From Haliotis rubra (taxonomy: Eukaryota), in contig NW_025766536.1 in assembly GCF_003918875.1 (NCBI RefSeq), positions 744,001 through 808,000 on the forward strand: a DNA stretch of 64,000 nt. Direction: 5' to 3'. A program made the translations under genes and the position numbers. Shown here piece by piece: positions 51,002 through 62,232 of the stretch; positions within the stretch are counted from its first letter, which is position 1; each line of letters begins with the position of its first letter. The notes below the pieces were generated by a model that ran no database searches, was not told where the DNA came from, and saw nothing but the letters and a program-made list of their open reading frames with translations.

Positions 51002-52309
51002 ATGTTCTCTGACCTGTCGTCCAGCCTCGTTTCCATCATATTCCTGATTCTGACACCAATATACAAAGTTCTCCAGGGCCTTATTTGGAGTATTACTGGG
51101 GTACAGTCTGCACGTGCAGCTACCAGCACGTGCTATGAACGTGCGGTCCACGTACAACATGTGGTTTGGAAAAGAAAAACGTCTCACGTAACGGCTTCAA
51201 ATACAAATGAATTTTGGACTACACACGAAAGGTTTGACCATCCTCGAATCCTCTTGGACCCATCAGTATCTCTGTATAATATCACTTCCACAGAGGCGAT
51301 ATTTATTAGGACAGCCATTGATGTAGATATCTACAGCTCAGACTCACATCCTTTCATGAAGTGGGCCCAGGCTGTCAATGCTGAGAAGGTATACACCATT
51401 CCTGTGGAAGCCTTCCATCGGCTGGCGGACGAGACGGGAGACCCTCAGGTCCCTGTCATATGGCTCTCTAACACTGGACGCTGTGGCTCTACTCTTCTCA
51501 GCCAGGTGTTTGAGAAGGTCCCCGGAACAATAGCCATCGGAGAACCAGAGGCCGTAACATCTGTCACAATGTTAAGTAAACTTGAAACCTGCCCGGAAGA
51601 GGAAGTTCTCAAGCTTCTGCAGAGTGTCATCAGGCTGCAGTGTAAGACGCTGCCAGGAGCTCAAAGAATTATTCTAAAGGTCGCTGCCTTCACTTTTGCA
51701 GAGGTCAAGGTCATATGTGAGATGTTTCCTGAAATCAAGCACCTGTTTCTATACAGAGACAGTTTGCCATATGCAGTGTCTTCCAAGGCACTTGCAATGT
51801 CTGAATTAAGAATTAAAATCTTCAAAGGATTTGCCGATTCTGATTTTCTCGCGAAGATCTTTCCTGGAACCCGAAGGCATATGTACAAGATGATTTCACG
51901 CATAGATCGTTATGATCGTGACCTTGACGACATTGCTGCAGACATGACCTTCATAGGACACTGGATGATACTGTGTGCGGGTGTCATGACGAGATACAAG
52001 GAGTTCAGAGAGAGTGGGATCCCGATATTTGCCGTTCAGTACGAAGAGCTTGTGAAGGAAAAAGAAGGAATGGTTAGAGCCTTGTTCCAGAAACTAGACA
52101 TACCAGAGAAACATGTTTCGAAAGCTCTGGCTGCATTTGAAGTAGACTCACAACGAGGCTCGTCGATCAGCCGGAAGTCAACAGGAACACGTTTCCCCCT
52201 GACACCGCGAGAGTTGTCCGACGGTAATATCGTTCTCCAACGATATGGCTTCCCGAGATTTGGCAAGAAAATAGACCTACCTGGGCGTCTACAACCTGCT
52301 GTCTATTAA
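51002..52309 (+). CDS. Sulfotransferase-like protein, copy 4 (435 aa; inverted, divergent central block)
   Basis: Intact ORF; motifs WLSNTGRCGSTLL, LFLYRD, AVQYEELV; acceptor tcttccccag ends at 50991. Confidence 0.87.
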   Translation: MFSDLSSSLVSIIFLILTPIYKVLQGLIWSITGVQSARAATSTCYERAVHVQHVVWKRKTSHVTASNTNEFWTTHERFDHPRILLDPSVSLYNITSTEAIFIRTAIDVDIYSSDSHPFMKWAQAVNAEKVYTIPVEAFHRLADETGDPQVPVIWLSNTGRCGSTLLSQVFEKVPGTIAIGEPEAVTSVTMLSKLETCPEEEVLKLLQSVIRLQCKTLPGAQRIILKVAAFTFAEVKVICEMFPEIKHLFLYRDSLPYAVSSKALAMSELRIKIFKGFADSDFLAKIFPGTRRHMYKMISRIDRYDRDLDDIAADMTFIGHWMILCAGVMTRYKEFRESGIPIFAVQYEELVKEKEGMVRALFQKLDIPEKHVSKALAAFEVDSQRGSSISRKSTGTRFPLTPRELSDGNIVLQRYGFPRFGKKIDLPGRLQPAVY

Positions 52310-52679
52310 ACTTAAAACAAAACTTATTTCCTGCACCAATAGCGCCCTTTATAAACAATTACAAGTTGATCTTAGTGCTAGGAGTATCGAAGAAGTGCAG
52401 TACTACTACTTTCTGAAATATCTATTCTTTTAAAACAAAACTTGCTTTGAAGTTGAATAAAATTCAGAAAACGTACCCAAAGGTCGCTTGTTTCAGCAAA
52501 GCTGTACACATATAAGAGTTAGTGAGTAACTTGAGTTTAACCCCAATGTAAATTACAGTTACATCATGACGTGCCTGTTTAATGAGGGAGAAGCAATCCA
52601 AATGATGGAGGTCTCCGATGACTCACCAAGGTTTCTGAAAATACAGAAGTTTGATAGAAACAAATAAACCGATTTTATT

Positions 52680-52903
52680 TGTATGTTTGTTTGCTGTTTA
52701 ACTCCACACTCTGCAATATTCCAACTAGACGGCAGCAGTCTGTAAATAATCGAGTCTGGACCAGACAATCGGGTGATCAACATCATGAGCATCGATCTAC
52801 GCAATTGGGATACGATGACATGTGTCAACCATGTTAATGATCCTGACCACCCGATCCCATTAGTCGCCTCTGATGAAAAGCATGGGTTGCTAAAGACCAA
52901 TTC
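52680..52903 (-). mobile_element. SINE family C
   Basis: Reverse-complement copy. Confidence 0.85.
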
Positions 52904-53034
52904 TCTGTAAACTGAAAAGTTGAGATGATGGATTCAAAACCCGAAGAATGCTTCACATCATAATCAAGGTTGGCGGAAAGGGGAAATCAAAGCTATGGAG
53001 CTGACACATGAAATCATGGTGAACAGCAATTGGG

Positions 53035-53196
53035 GTGAGTGAGTTTAGTTTTACGCCGCTTTTAGCAATATTACAGCAATATCACGGCGGGGGACACCAG
53101 AAATGGGCTTCACACATTGTACCCATGTGGGGAATCGAACCCGGGTTTTCGGCGTGACGAGCCAACGCTTTAACCACTAGGCTACCCCACCGCCAC
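53035..53196 (-). mobile_element. SINE family A
   Basis: Full-length reverse copy. Confidence 0.9.
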
Positions 53197-53460
53197 GAAC
53201 AACAATTTGAACCCTGATCATAGGCTACAGACATGTCAAAGGGAGACAACTATGTACGTAAATGCTTGAAGTCCATCCCCGGTGTCCTCTGCCGTGATAT
53301 TGCTGGACAGTTGATAATAGCAACGTCAAACCATATTGTCAAACTATAGTTCATGGAATTGATTTTTAGCGCACACGAATTGAACATTTGTGATTTCCTG
53401 ATAAATCATCGACACACAGACAAGAACGAGATAAATCTACTAGTTTATTGATGGGGCAGT

Positions 53461-56400
53461 TTATATAACAACAGTTTCTAAATCAGTTCTACCATCATCA
53501 CTGTCTCCACCTCCTATTTCACACCGTTGTTGTCCATCCATTCCATTCCATTATCCATTCCTTGATCCATCCGTCCATTCCATCATTTCCACCTCCCATT
53601 CCATTCCATTCCATTCCATTCCATCCATCCTTCCATCCATTTCTCTCCATCCATCCACCTTCCTGTCCATCCACCTCCATTGTCCTTCCTTCCTTCCTCC
53701 TTGTCCTTCACTCCATCCACCTCCTTCCCTCCACCATCCATTTCTTCCATCCATCCACCTCCTTCCATCCATCTTCCATTCCTTCCATCCATTGTCCATC
53801 CACCTCCATTATCCATTCCTTCCATTCCATTCCATCCATCCTCTGTTATCCTTCCTTTCCTTCATCCATCCATCTTCCTCTTTCCATTCCATTCCACCTC
53901 CATCCATCCTTCCACCATTCCATTCCCATCCATCCATCCATCCATCCTCCATTCCATATTCCATTCCTTTCTCCATCCTCCATCCTCCATCATTCCTCCA
54001 TCCGTCCATCCATTCCACTCCACCACCATCCTCCATTCCTTCCATCCATCCATGTCCATCCATCCCTCCATTTCCATTACTCCTTCCCTCCATCATCCTC
54101 CATTATCTCCTTCTCCATCCATCCCTCCCATCCTCCATCCTTCCATTATCCTTCCATCCATCCTCCACTTTCCATTTCCATCCACCATGTCCATCCTCCA
54201 TTCCATTGTCACTTTCCTCCATGTCCATCCCATCCACTCCATCTTCCATCCTGTCCATTCCATCCGCCATCCACCACCATCCACCATTCCACTCCACTTT
54301 CCGTTATCCATCCACCTCCATTCCATTCATCCTTCCACTTCCTTCCGTTGTCCATCATCCACCCCTCCACATTCTCCATCCTTCCCTCCATCTTCCTGTC
54401 TTGTCCATCCATCCCTCCACCTCCATTCCTCTCTCCTTCCTCCCTTGTCCATCCATCCATCCTCCTGTCCATGTGTCCACCTCCTCTTCCCTTCCACCAC
54501 CTCCACTCCACCTTCCATTCCATCCATCATTCCATCCATTCCTCCTTCCATCCCTCCATGTCCATCCCACTTCCTTCATCCATCCATTCCCTCCTTCCAT
54601 CCGTCACCTCCTCCACTTCCATCCATCCATTCCTCCACTCCTCCACTTCCATCGTCCATCCATCCTCCTTCCGTCCACTTCCATCCATTGTCCATCCATC
54701 CACTGTCCATCCTCCTCCTTTCCATTCCTTCCATTCCCTCCATGTCCATCCACCTTCCATTCTGTTTCCTCCTTTCCATCCTCCCTCCTTCCATTTCCAT
54801 CCACTCCATCCACTGTCCTCCATTGTCTTCCTCCATCATCCATCCTCCACTCCATTTTGTCCATCCTCCTGTCCATCCACTTCCTTTGTCCTTCCACTCC
54901 ATCCATGGTCCCATCCCTCCACTTCCGTTGTCCATCCATCCATCCTTCCGTCCATCCATTCCACTTCCTCCATCCCTCCATGTCCATCCGTCCTCCACTT
55001 CCATTTCCATCCACCCTCCATTCCACCTCCACTTTCCATTTGTCCTGGTGTCCTTCCTCCATTCCTCCACCTTCCGTTATCCATCCTCCTCCTCCATCCA
55101 CCACCACCTTCCTCCGTTGTCCGTCCTCCTCCATTGTCCCTCCTTCCATTGTCCGTTGTCCTCCACTCCTTGTCCTGTCCATCCACCATCCGTCCACTCC
55201 CTTTCCATTGTCCTTCCTCCATCCCCTGTCCTCCTTCCGTTGTCCTCCGTCCACCTCCTTTCCGTTGTCCATCCATCCACTCCGTTGTCCATCGTCCGTC
55301 CTTCCATTGTCCTTCCCTCCGTTGTCCGTTGTCCTTCCTGTTCCGTTATCCATCCTCTCCATGTCCATCCATCCGTCCTCCACCTCCCTCCACTTCCTCC
55401 ATCCACCTCCTTCCGTCCTCCATTCCATCCTCCGTCCACTTTGTCCTTGTCCACTCCCTCCTCCACTTTCCGTTGTCCGTTGTCCTCGGGGTCCTTCCTC
55501 CATGTTCCTGTCCGCCTCCATCGTCCTCCGTTGTCCATCCACCGTCCATTTCCATCCTTTCTGTTGTCCTTCCACCTCCATCCACCACCATCCTTCCTTT
55601 CCGTTGTCCATCCCTCCTTGTCGTCCCACTTTCCGTCCACCTTTTCCGTTATCCGTCCACTCCATCCTCCACTGTCCATCCATCTTCCATCCTCCATCCT
55701 CCACTTCCGTTATCCTCCTCCATTTCCATTCCGTGGTCTCGTCATCCACCTCCTTCCATCCACCATCCATCTCCTCCAGTCCATCCTCCTTTCCATCCAC
55801 CTTCCACCATGTCCATCCACCTCCACTCCTTTCCGTTGTCCACCTCCACCTCCTCCATCCACTCTCCACTTCCATTCTCCACCACCACCTCCTCCATATC
55901 ATCCTCCACCTCCATTTCCTTGTCCATCCACCACCTCCTCCATCCAGTCCTTCCCCACCTCCTCCACCTCCCTTTCCGACACTGTCCATCCCACCCACCT
56001 CCTCCATAGTAGTCATCGTCTCCACCTCCTCCACTTCCCTTTCTGTTGTCAGCATCACCACCACCTCCTCCATAGTCCATCCCTGTCTCCACCTCCTCCC
56101 ACTTCCCTTTCCATGTCTGCATCATCTCCACCACCTCCTCCATAGTAGTCATCGTCACCACCTCCTCCACTTCCCTTTCCATTGTCAGCATCACCACCAC
56201 ACCTCCTCCATAGTAGTCATCGTCTCCACCTCCTCCACTTCCCTTTCCATTGTCCAGCATCACCACCACCTCCTCCATAGTAGTCATCGTCTCCACCTCC
56301 TCCACTTCCACTGCCCTTTCTGTTGTCAGCATCACCACCACCTCCTCCATAGTTCTCATCGTCACCACCTCCTCCACTCCACTTCCTCCATCCTCCACTA

Positions 56401-58198
56401 TTGTGTCGGCATCACTCACCACCCTCCTCCATAGTAGTCATACCCTTTCTGTTGTCCGTCACCACCTCCTCCACTTCCTGTACCGTTGTCGGCATCACCA
56501 CCACCTCCCTCCATAGTAGTCATCGTCTCCACCTCCTCCACTTCCTTTCCTGTTGTCAGCATCACCACCCTCCTCCTCCATAGTAGTCCATCGTCTCCAC
56601 CTCCTCCACTTCCCTTTCCTGTTGTCAGCATCACCACCACCTCCTCCCCTCCATAGTAGTCATCCACCCACCTCCTCCACTTCCACTTTCCGTCAGCATC
56701 ACCACCACCCTCCTCCATCCACTTCATTTCCTCCATCCACCTCCTCCACTTCCCATTTCCGTCCACCCTCCACTCCTTCCGTCATCACCACCACCACCTC
56801 CATATAGTCCATCGTCCTCCACCTCCTCCACTTCCCTTTCATTGTCAGCATCACCACCACCTCCTCCATAGTAGTCATCGTCTCCACCTCCTCCACTTCC
56901 TTTCCGTTGTTCTGCATCACCACCACCTCCCTCCTCCATAGTAGTCATCGTCACCACCTCCTCCACTTCCCTTTCCTTGTCGGCATCACATCACCTCCAC
57001 CTCCTCCATAGTAGTCATCGTCACCACCTCCCACTTCCCTCCATCCTTCCCTTTCCATTGTCATCATCACCCACCACCTCCTCCATAGTAGTCATCACCA
57101 CCACCTCCTCCTCCACTTCCCTTTTCCGTTTTCATCGTCATCATCACCACCTCCTCCATAGTAGTCATCGTCACCACCTCCTCCACTTCCCTTTCCGTTG
57201 TCATCAGCATCACCACCACCTCCTCCATAGTAGTCATCACCTCCCTCCTCCACCTCCTCCACCTTCCCTTTCTGTTGTCAGCATCACCACCACCTCCTCC
57301 ATAGTAGTCATCGTCACCACCTCCTCCACTTCCCTTTCCGTTGTCAGCATCACCACCACCTCCTCCATAGTAGTCATCGTCTCCACCTCCTCCACTCCCT
57401 TTCCGTTGTCGGCATCACCACCACCTCCTCCATAGTAGTCATCGTCACCACCTCCTCCACTTCCTTTACCGTTGTCAGCATCACCACCACCTCCTCCATA
57501 GTAGTCATCGTCTCCACCTCCTCCACTTCCCTTTCCGTTGTCAGCATCACCACCACCTCCTCCATAGTAGTCATCGTCACCACCTCCTCCACTTCCCTTT
57601 CCATAGTAGTCATCGTCACCACCTCCTCCACTTCCTTCACCGTTGTCTGCATCACCACCACCTCCTCCGTAGTAGTCATCGTCTCCACCTCCTCCACTTC
57701 CCTTTCCGTTGTCAGCATCACCACCACCTCCTCCATAGTAGTCATCGTCACCACCTCCTCCACTTCCCTTTCCGTTGTCAGCATCACCACCACCTCCTCC
57801 ATAGTAGTCATCGTCACCACCTCCTCCACTTCCCTTTCCGTTGTCAGCATCACCACCACCTCCTCCATAGTAGTCATCGTCTCCACCTCCTCCACTTCCC
57901 TTTCCGTTGTCAGCATCACCACCACCTCCTCCGTAGTAGTAGTCATCACCTCCACCTCCTCCACTTCCCTTTCTGTTGTCTGCATCACCTCCACCTCCTC
58001 CATAGTAGTCATCGTCACCACCTCCTCCACTTCCCTTTCCGTTGTCTGCATCACCACCACCTCCTCCATAGTAGTCATAGTCTCCACCTCCTCCACTTCC
58101 CTTTCCGTTGTCAGCATCACCACCACCTCCTCCGTAGTAGTCATCGTCTCCACCTGTTTTATTCTCCTTCTTGTCCTTGGGGGGTGTCTCTTGCTCCT
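53461..58198 (-). CDS. Probable large terminal exon of an acidic Gly/Asp/Tyr-rich repeat protein (22-aa unit DDDYYGGGGGDADNGKGSGGGG); 3' two-thirds frameshifted or scrambled
   Basis: Minus-strand acceptor ...ctaaatttgacatttacag|AG at 58199/58198 leads into unique EEQETPPKDKKENKT, then about 12 clean 66-bp units with largely synonymous variation. At the other end, unique GGGDSDDGRTDLETVVI-TAA (stop 53463-53461) is followed by AATAAA at 53449-53444. Confidence 0.62.
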
Positions 58199-58329
58199 CT
58201 GTAAATGTCAAATTTAGTTTGTTTTTATAGTGTTTCCCTACTGAGATACCATGCGACATTTTAACAAGGACATGATGGTGGAACCGCTGAAGGCCTTGCT
58301 TTATCCCCCTGTTGCTTTGGGGTGGGGGT

Positions 58330-58484
58330 TGGGGGTTTAAGCCTAGTGGTTAAGGCGTTCGCTCGTCATGTCGAAGACTCAGGTTCGATTCCCCACACGG
58401 GTACAATGTGTGAAGCCCATTTCTGGTGTCCCGCTGTGATATGGCTGGAGCATTGCTAAAAGCGGCGTAAAACTAAACTAACTC
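58330..58484 (+). mobile_element. SINE family A
   Basis: A/B boxes and tail. Confidence 0.87.
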
Positions 58485-58526
58485 CGTTTCCAACAAATCA
58501 GCACTGGCCTTGAACCTGTAGATATA

Positions 58527-58964
58527 TACTGAGTCAAAAAAGAAAGTTCACATTCTTTCTTCAGGGCACTATAAAAGAACAAGAGATGGTAAGATGGTTA
58601 AATTGTTATTATTTCATTGCTGAGATCTGTGTGATGTACTCGATACACCGACAGTGCCATAATCAGTTCCATTAGGCTACACCGCCGTTCCAAAACATGG
58701 GTATACAGAATGTCAAGTCACAAGAATAAAAATGCGAAATTTCTCAGTTCAATATCGTGTATGGCCGCCCCGCGCATTCACCACTGCCAAACACCGTCTC
58801 CTCATCGACTGCCTGATGCTTGTGAACACGTGGTTGGGGATTCTGCGCCATTGCTCTTGCAAGGCAGCGCCAAGTTCCTGCAAATTCTGAGGTTGGTTCC
58901 TAAGACCACGAAGCCTTCTCCCAAGTGCTTCCCAAACGTGCTCTATTGGATTAAGGCCAGGGGA
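58527..58964 (-). mobile_element. Tc1-like transposon 3' fragment
   Basis: Minus strand 58964-58749 translates SPGLNPIEHVWEALGRRLR...SMRRRCLAVVNARGGHTRY*, matching the Tc1 SPDLNPIE...GGHTRY C-terminus; probable TIR end near 58527. Confidence 0.9.
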
Positions 58965-59071
58965 CCAGTTGGGTACAACAGTAAATAATATGCACGTTCA
59001 TATATTGGTATGGCTGTTATTAGCCATCCTCAGAACTATATGCTCAAGTTAAATTTTGAGATTGCGTGCGC

Positions 59072-59233
59072 TAGCCTAGAGGTTAAAGCGTTCGCTCGTC
59101 ACGGCAAAGACTCGGGTTCGATTCCCCACATGGGTACAATGTGTGAAGCCCATTTTCTGGTGTCCCCCACCGTGATATTGCTGGAATATTGCTAAAAGCG
59201 GCGTGAAACTTAACTCACACACATACACACACA
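59072..59233 (+). mobile_element. SINE family A
   Basis: A/B boxes and tail. Confidence 0.87.
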
Positions 59234-59253
59234 TTTTGAGATACAAATATCAG

Positions 59254-59772
59254 ATCATCCTCGATAATCTCCAGGATATACGTTACGATCACTCTCCACT
59301 ATACCCTGGATGCATCCATGGCTTGACCCGATAATTATATTACCTTCCTTTGCTGGCTCTGCATTCTCACAGTAGCCAGTCAGCTAAGCCGCCGTTACAT
59401 CCGAGCTTGCCAGTGTCAACAAAGATAGTGGTCGCAGTCGCGAAGGTTTGTTCGCAGTACCACTCAGATTTGTGGAGAAATAATACAGACAACTTGACAG
59501 ATCTGAAACTTTAAAAAAATATATAAAAGAACTCCTTCCACATCTTTCAGAGTACCCTCTGCATCAATTGTGTTGCCAAGTTTAAACGGTTAGATAATTT
59601 AAGAAGGGGAAAGTGAGTTGTGATTGGTACGCTCAACTACCCAGCGTGGACACCTGACTGGATAAAAAGCCAGCCAAGGGAGGTAATAAAATCATCGGGC
59701 CAAGCCGTGGATGCATCCAGGGTATAGTGGAGAGTGATCGTTATGTAAATCCTGGAGATTATCGAGGATGAT
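59254..59772. mobile_element. MITE with ~78-bp TIRs and apparent 5-bp TSD ATCAG
   Basis: atcatcctcgataatctccaggat...gcatccatggcttg / caagccgtggatgcatcc...atcctggagattatcgaggatgat. Confidence 0.87.
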
Positions 59773-60226
59773 ATCAGATATGCTTGTTTGAATGCCTCAC
59801 TCACTCATACCAAGAATGTTTAGAAAGTGTTATCTATTTCTGATCTTCCTGCTGAGAGGTGCCATATTGGAACCAAACTCAGTATTCCAGTCATGTTGAA
59901 TGTCATTGTGGTCGGAAAGCCCAAAGTGATGAAGGTTTTGCATGTTTACCTCAGTGAATGTATGCTTTGGTAACTTATAAAATCTTGATAATGAAATTTG
60001 TAACAAAATTCACAGTACATAATAAAATTGAGCAACCGATACAGATAGTACTTCCCACCAAGTTCTGCTGCATGTGTGGTCAGTGTGTTTATGGGAGCTG
60101 ATCCAAGCTATTATGACAGTCTCTGTTCTTGGTAACCTTTTCCGAAAATCTTACAATCACACGCAGAACACTGCTCAACCTGTATCATCAGCCGTGAACA
60201 CTCTTAATATATTCTCAAATGATTGT

Positions 60227-60393
60227 TGGTGGGGTAGCCTAGTGGTTAAAGCGTTTGCTCGTCACGCCAAAGACCGGGGTTCGATTCCCCACATGGGTAC
60301 AATGTGTGAAGCCCATTTCTGGTGTCCCCGCCATGATATCGCTGGAATATTGCTAAAAGTGGCTTATTACAAAACTCACTCACTCACTCACTC
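60227..60393 (+). mobile_element. SINE family A
   Basis: A/B boxes and (CTCA)n tail. Confidence 0.9.
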
Positions 60394-60746
60394 AAAGGAT
60401 TGTGCTGACTTGTGTAACAACACTTGGAATGGTAAATCTGTCAGTGACAGGACTGGGCTATTCGCATGGATTCAGGTCCTACTTTAGGCAAGGGGATCAA
60501 CAATTTATTGAAGCATTAATTTCATGATTTACGGTAACTGAATTGTTGGAACGATACTGAGTTTGGTTCTACAGCACATGTAATTGGAACACATGCCACC
60601 AGACTCTCCAGTGATGTAATAGATGTTCTTGTCAGACTCTGGTACTGTATTTACCACAATAAGCACCCAAGATGCTGAGAAAAACTGACATAATGCAATG
60701 CTCATTAAGACCCTACACTACTTAAATCTATTTTTAGACATCAGAC

Positions 60747-60896
60747 GGGGTGGTGGGATAGCCAAATGGTTAAAGCGTCCACTCGTCACCGAAGAAACGG
60801 TTTCGATTCTCCACATGGGTACAATGTGTGAAGCCCAGGTTTGGTGTCCCCTGCCGTGATGTTGCTGGAATATTGCCAAAACCATACTCACTCACT
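60747..60896 (+). mobile_element. SINE family A (diverged)
   Basis: A/B boxes and tail. Confidence 0.85.
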
Positions 60897-61772
60897 ACAG
60901 ACATCAAACTTCATTTAAACTTTGCTGACACTAAAACATTTCCAGCACTAGTTTTTGGCAATTGTATACCACTTTTACGTTTCTGCTCTTTGGTAACATC
61001 TGTATTATTACAAAGGAAATATGAGCTGTCAACATTTCCCCTCTCAGGTGCTTCAACAGAATACTTTCACAGTTGGTCGAAGGTGCTAATATGAGCAAGA
61101 TGCTTGTCATGGTGAATATGGTAACCTCAGTTACAGCTTAGAGTTGTATTTGTATGTGCTGTACCTGGTAAATATCAGATGATAATAATGATAGAAAAAT
61201 GTGTGTTTGTCCACAGAGGAAGGGAATTTCTATGGGCATAATTACTTCACAGTATGAGTGTGTATGTTATTTACCTTGTTGATACTTTTCTTATGTTAAA
61301 TGATATAATAGAAATATTCTGTATTTCTGACAAATAAAGACAATCTTGAATTGTTTGAACAATTTGCAAAATGTCATGTTTTTTTATTATAAAAAATAGC
61401 ATGAAAATACACAAACAATTCAGTTTGATTCTGCCAATTCCAACTCAGAAATGTGATTGGCTACATCATGGTGACGATCTAAGGTCACATGACACACTAC
61501 CAGTATGTCACGATTTTCGGGATGCATCACTGGCAAGCTTTGCATGATACAATATACACGACTCATTTGTTTAAGTATCAATTCATATTTTGAAATATCG
61601 ATTATTATTTTAGTGTTGCACCGATATTTTGTCTAAAACATTTTTTTGTTAATACAAACGGGATATTATTAAATGTGAACTTAACACATTCTTTTGTAAT
61701 TTCATTATACAGAACATCAAATGAGACTAAATTTGCTGTGTGTTTGATGGATTCTTGGCTGATATTCGACAC

Positions 61773-62042
61773 CTTAAAATATGGTACTTGTTAGTCCCTG
61801 CCTGGCGCTCGGCATTAATGGGTACAACAAGGACTGGTCGGCTCGGAGTCAGTATAATGTGTCTGAGTGGGGTAATCATGCTTCACTGTGGCATGGTATC
61901 TCAGTGGGCTAGCACTATAAAACCAGCTACAGTCTGGGCTAGTACAAGCAGCCGCACATACACATACACACGCATGCACGTCGTCATATGAGCGAAATAT
62001 TCTCAAGCACGACGATAAACCCAATTTCACCTCACCTCACCT
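61773..62042 (+). mobile_element. SINE family B, 5'-truncated
   Basis: Body and tail match the other copies. Confidence 0.88.
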
Positions 62043-62232
62043 GATACTCGACTCATTTTTCTCTTCTCTAGTAGTCTCTAGGAAAATGTTTGGTGACCTG
62101 TAAGCCATGGTATAAATTTGACATCCAGGCTGATGTGCAAAATGTAGGATCGTATCGGAGGCACCTATATCGTGACATCCCTATTATAATACTACTACTA
62201 CTACTACTACTACTACTAATAATAATATTAAC

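Noticed and set aside
51002-52309. Horizontal transfer or retrogene origin of the intronless sulfotransferases
   Set aside because: A single coding exon with a 5'-UTR intron is common for Golgi transferases; a phylogeny is needed and cannot be run here.
53562-56434. 800-880-aa His/Pro/Ser ORFs on the plus strand
   Set aside because: All three frames are open because the C/T-rich strand lacks stop codons; no splice or codon evidence. They are shadows of the minus-strand repeat.
57374-58153. Alternative frame METMTTTEEVVVMLTTERE...
   Set aside because: Repeat variants are non-synonymous in this frame but synonymous in the Gly frame, and only the Gly frame continues into the unique linker.
60655-60691. 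Candidate signal-peptide exon for the repeat protein (minus strand MSVFLSILGAYC-G|gtaaat, phase 1)
   Set aside because: Phase fits but it is short with a mediocre donor; cannot be distinguished from chance without RNA data.
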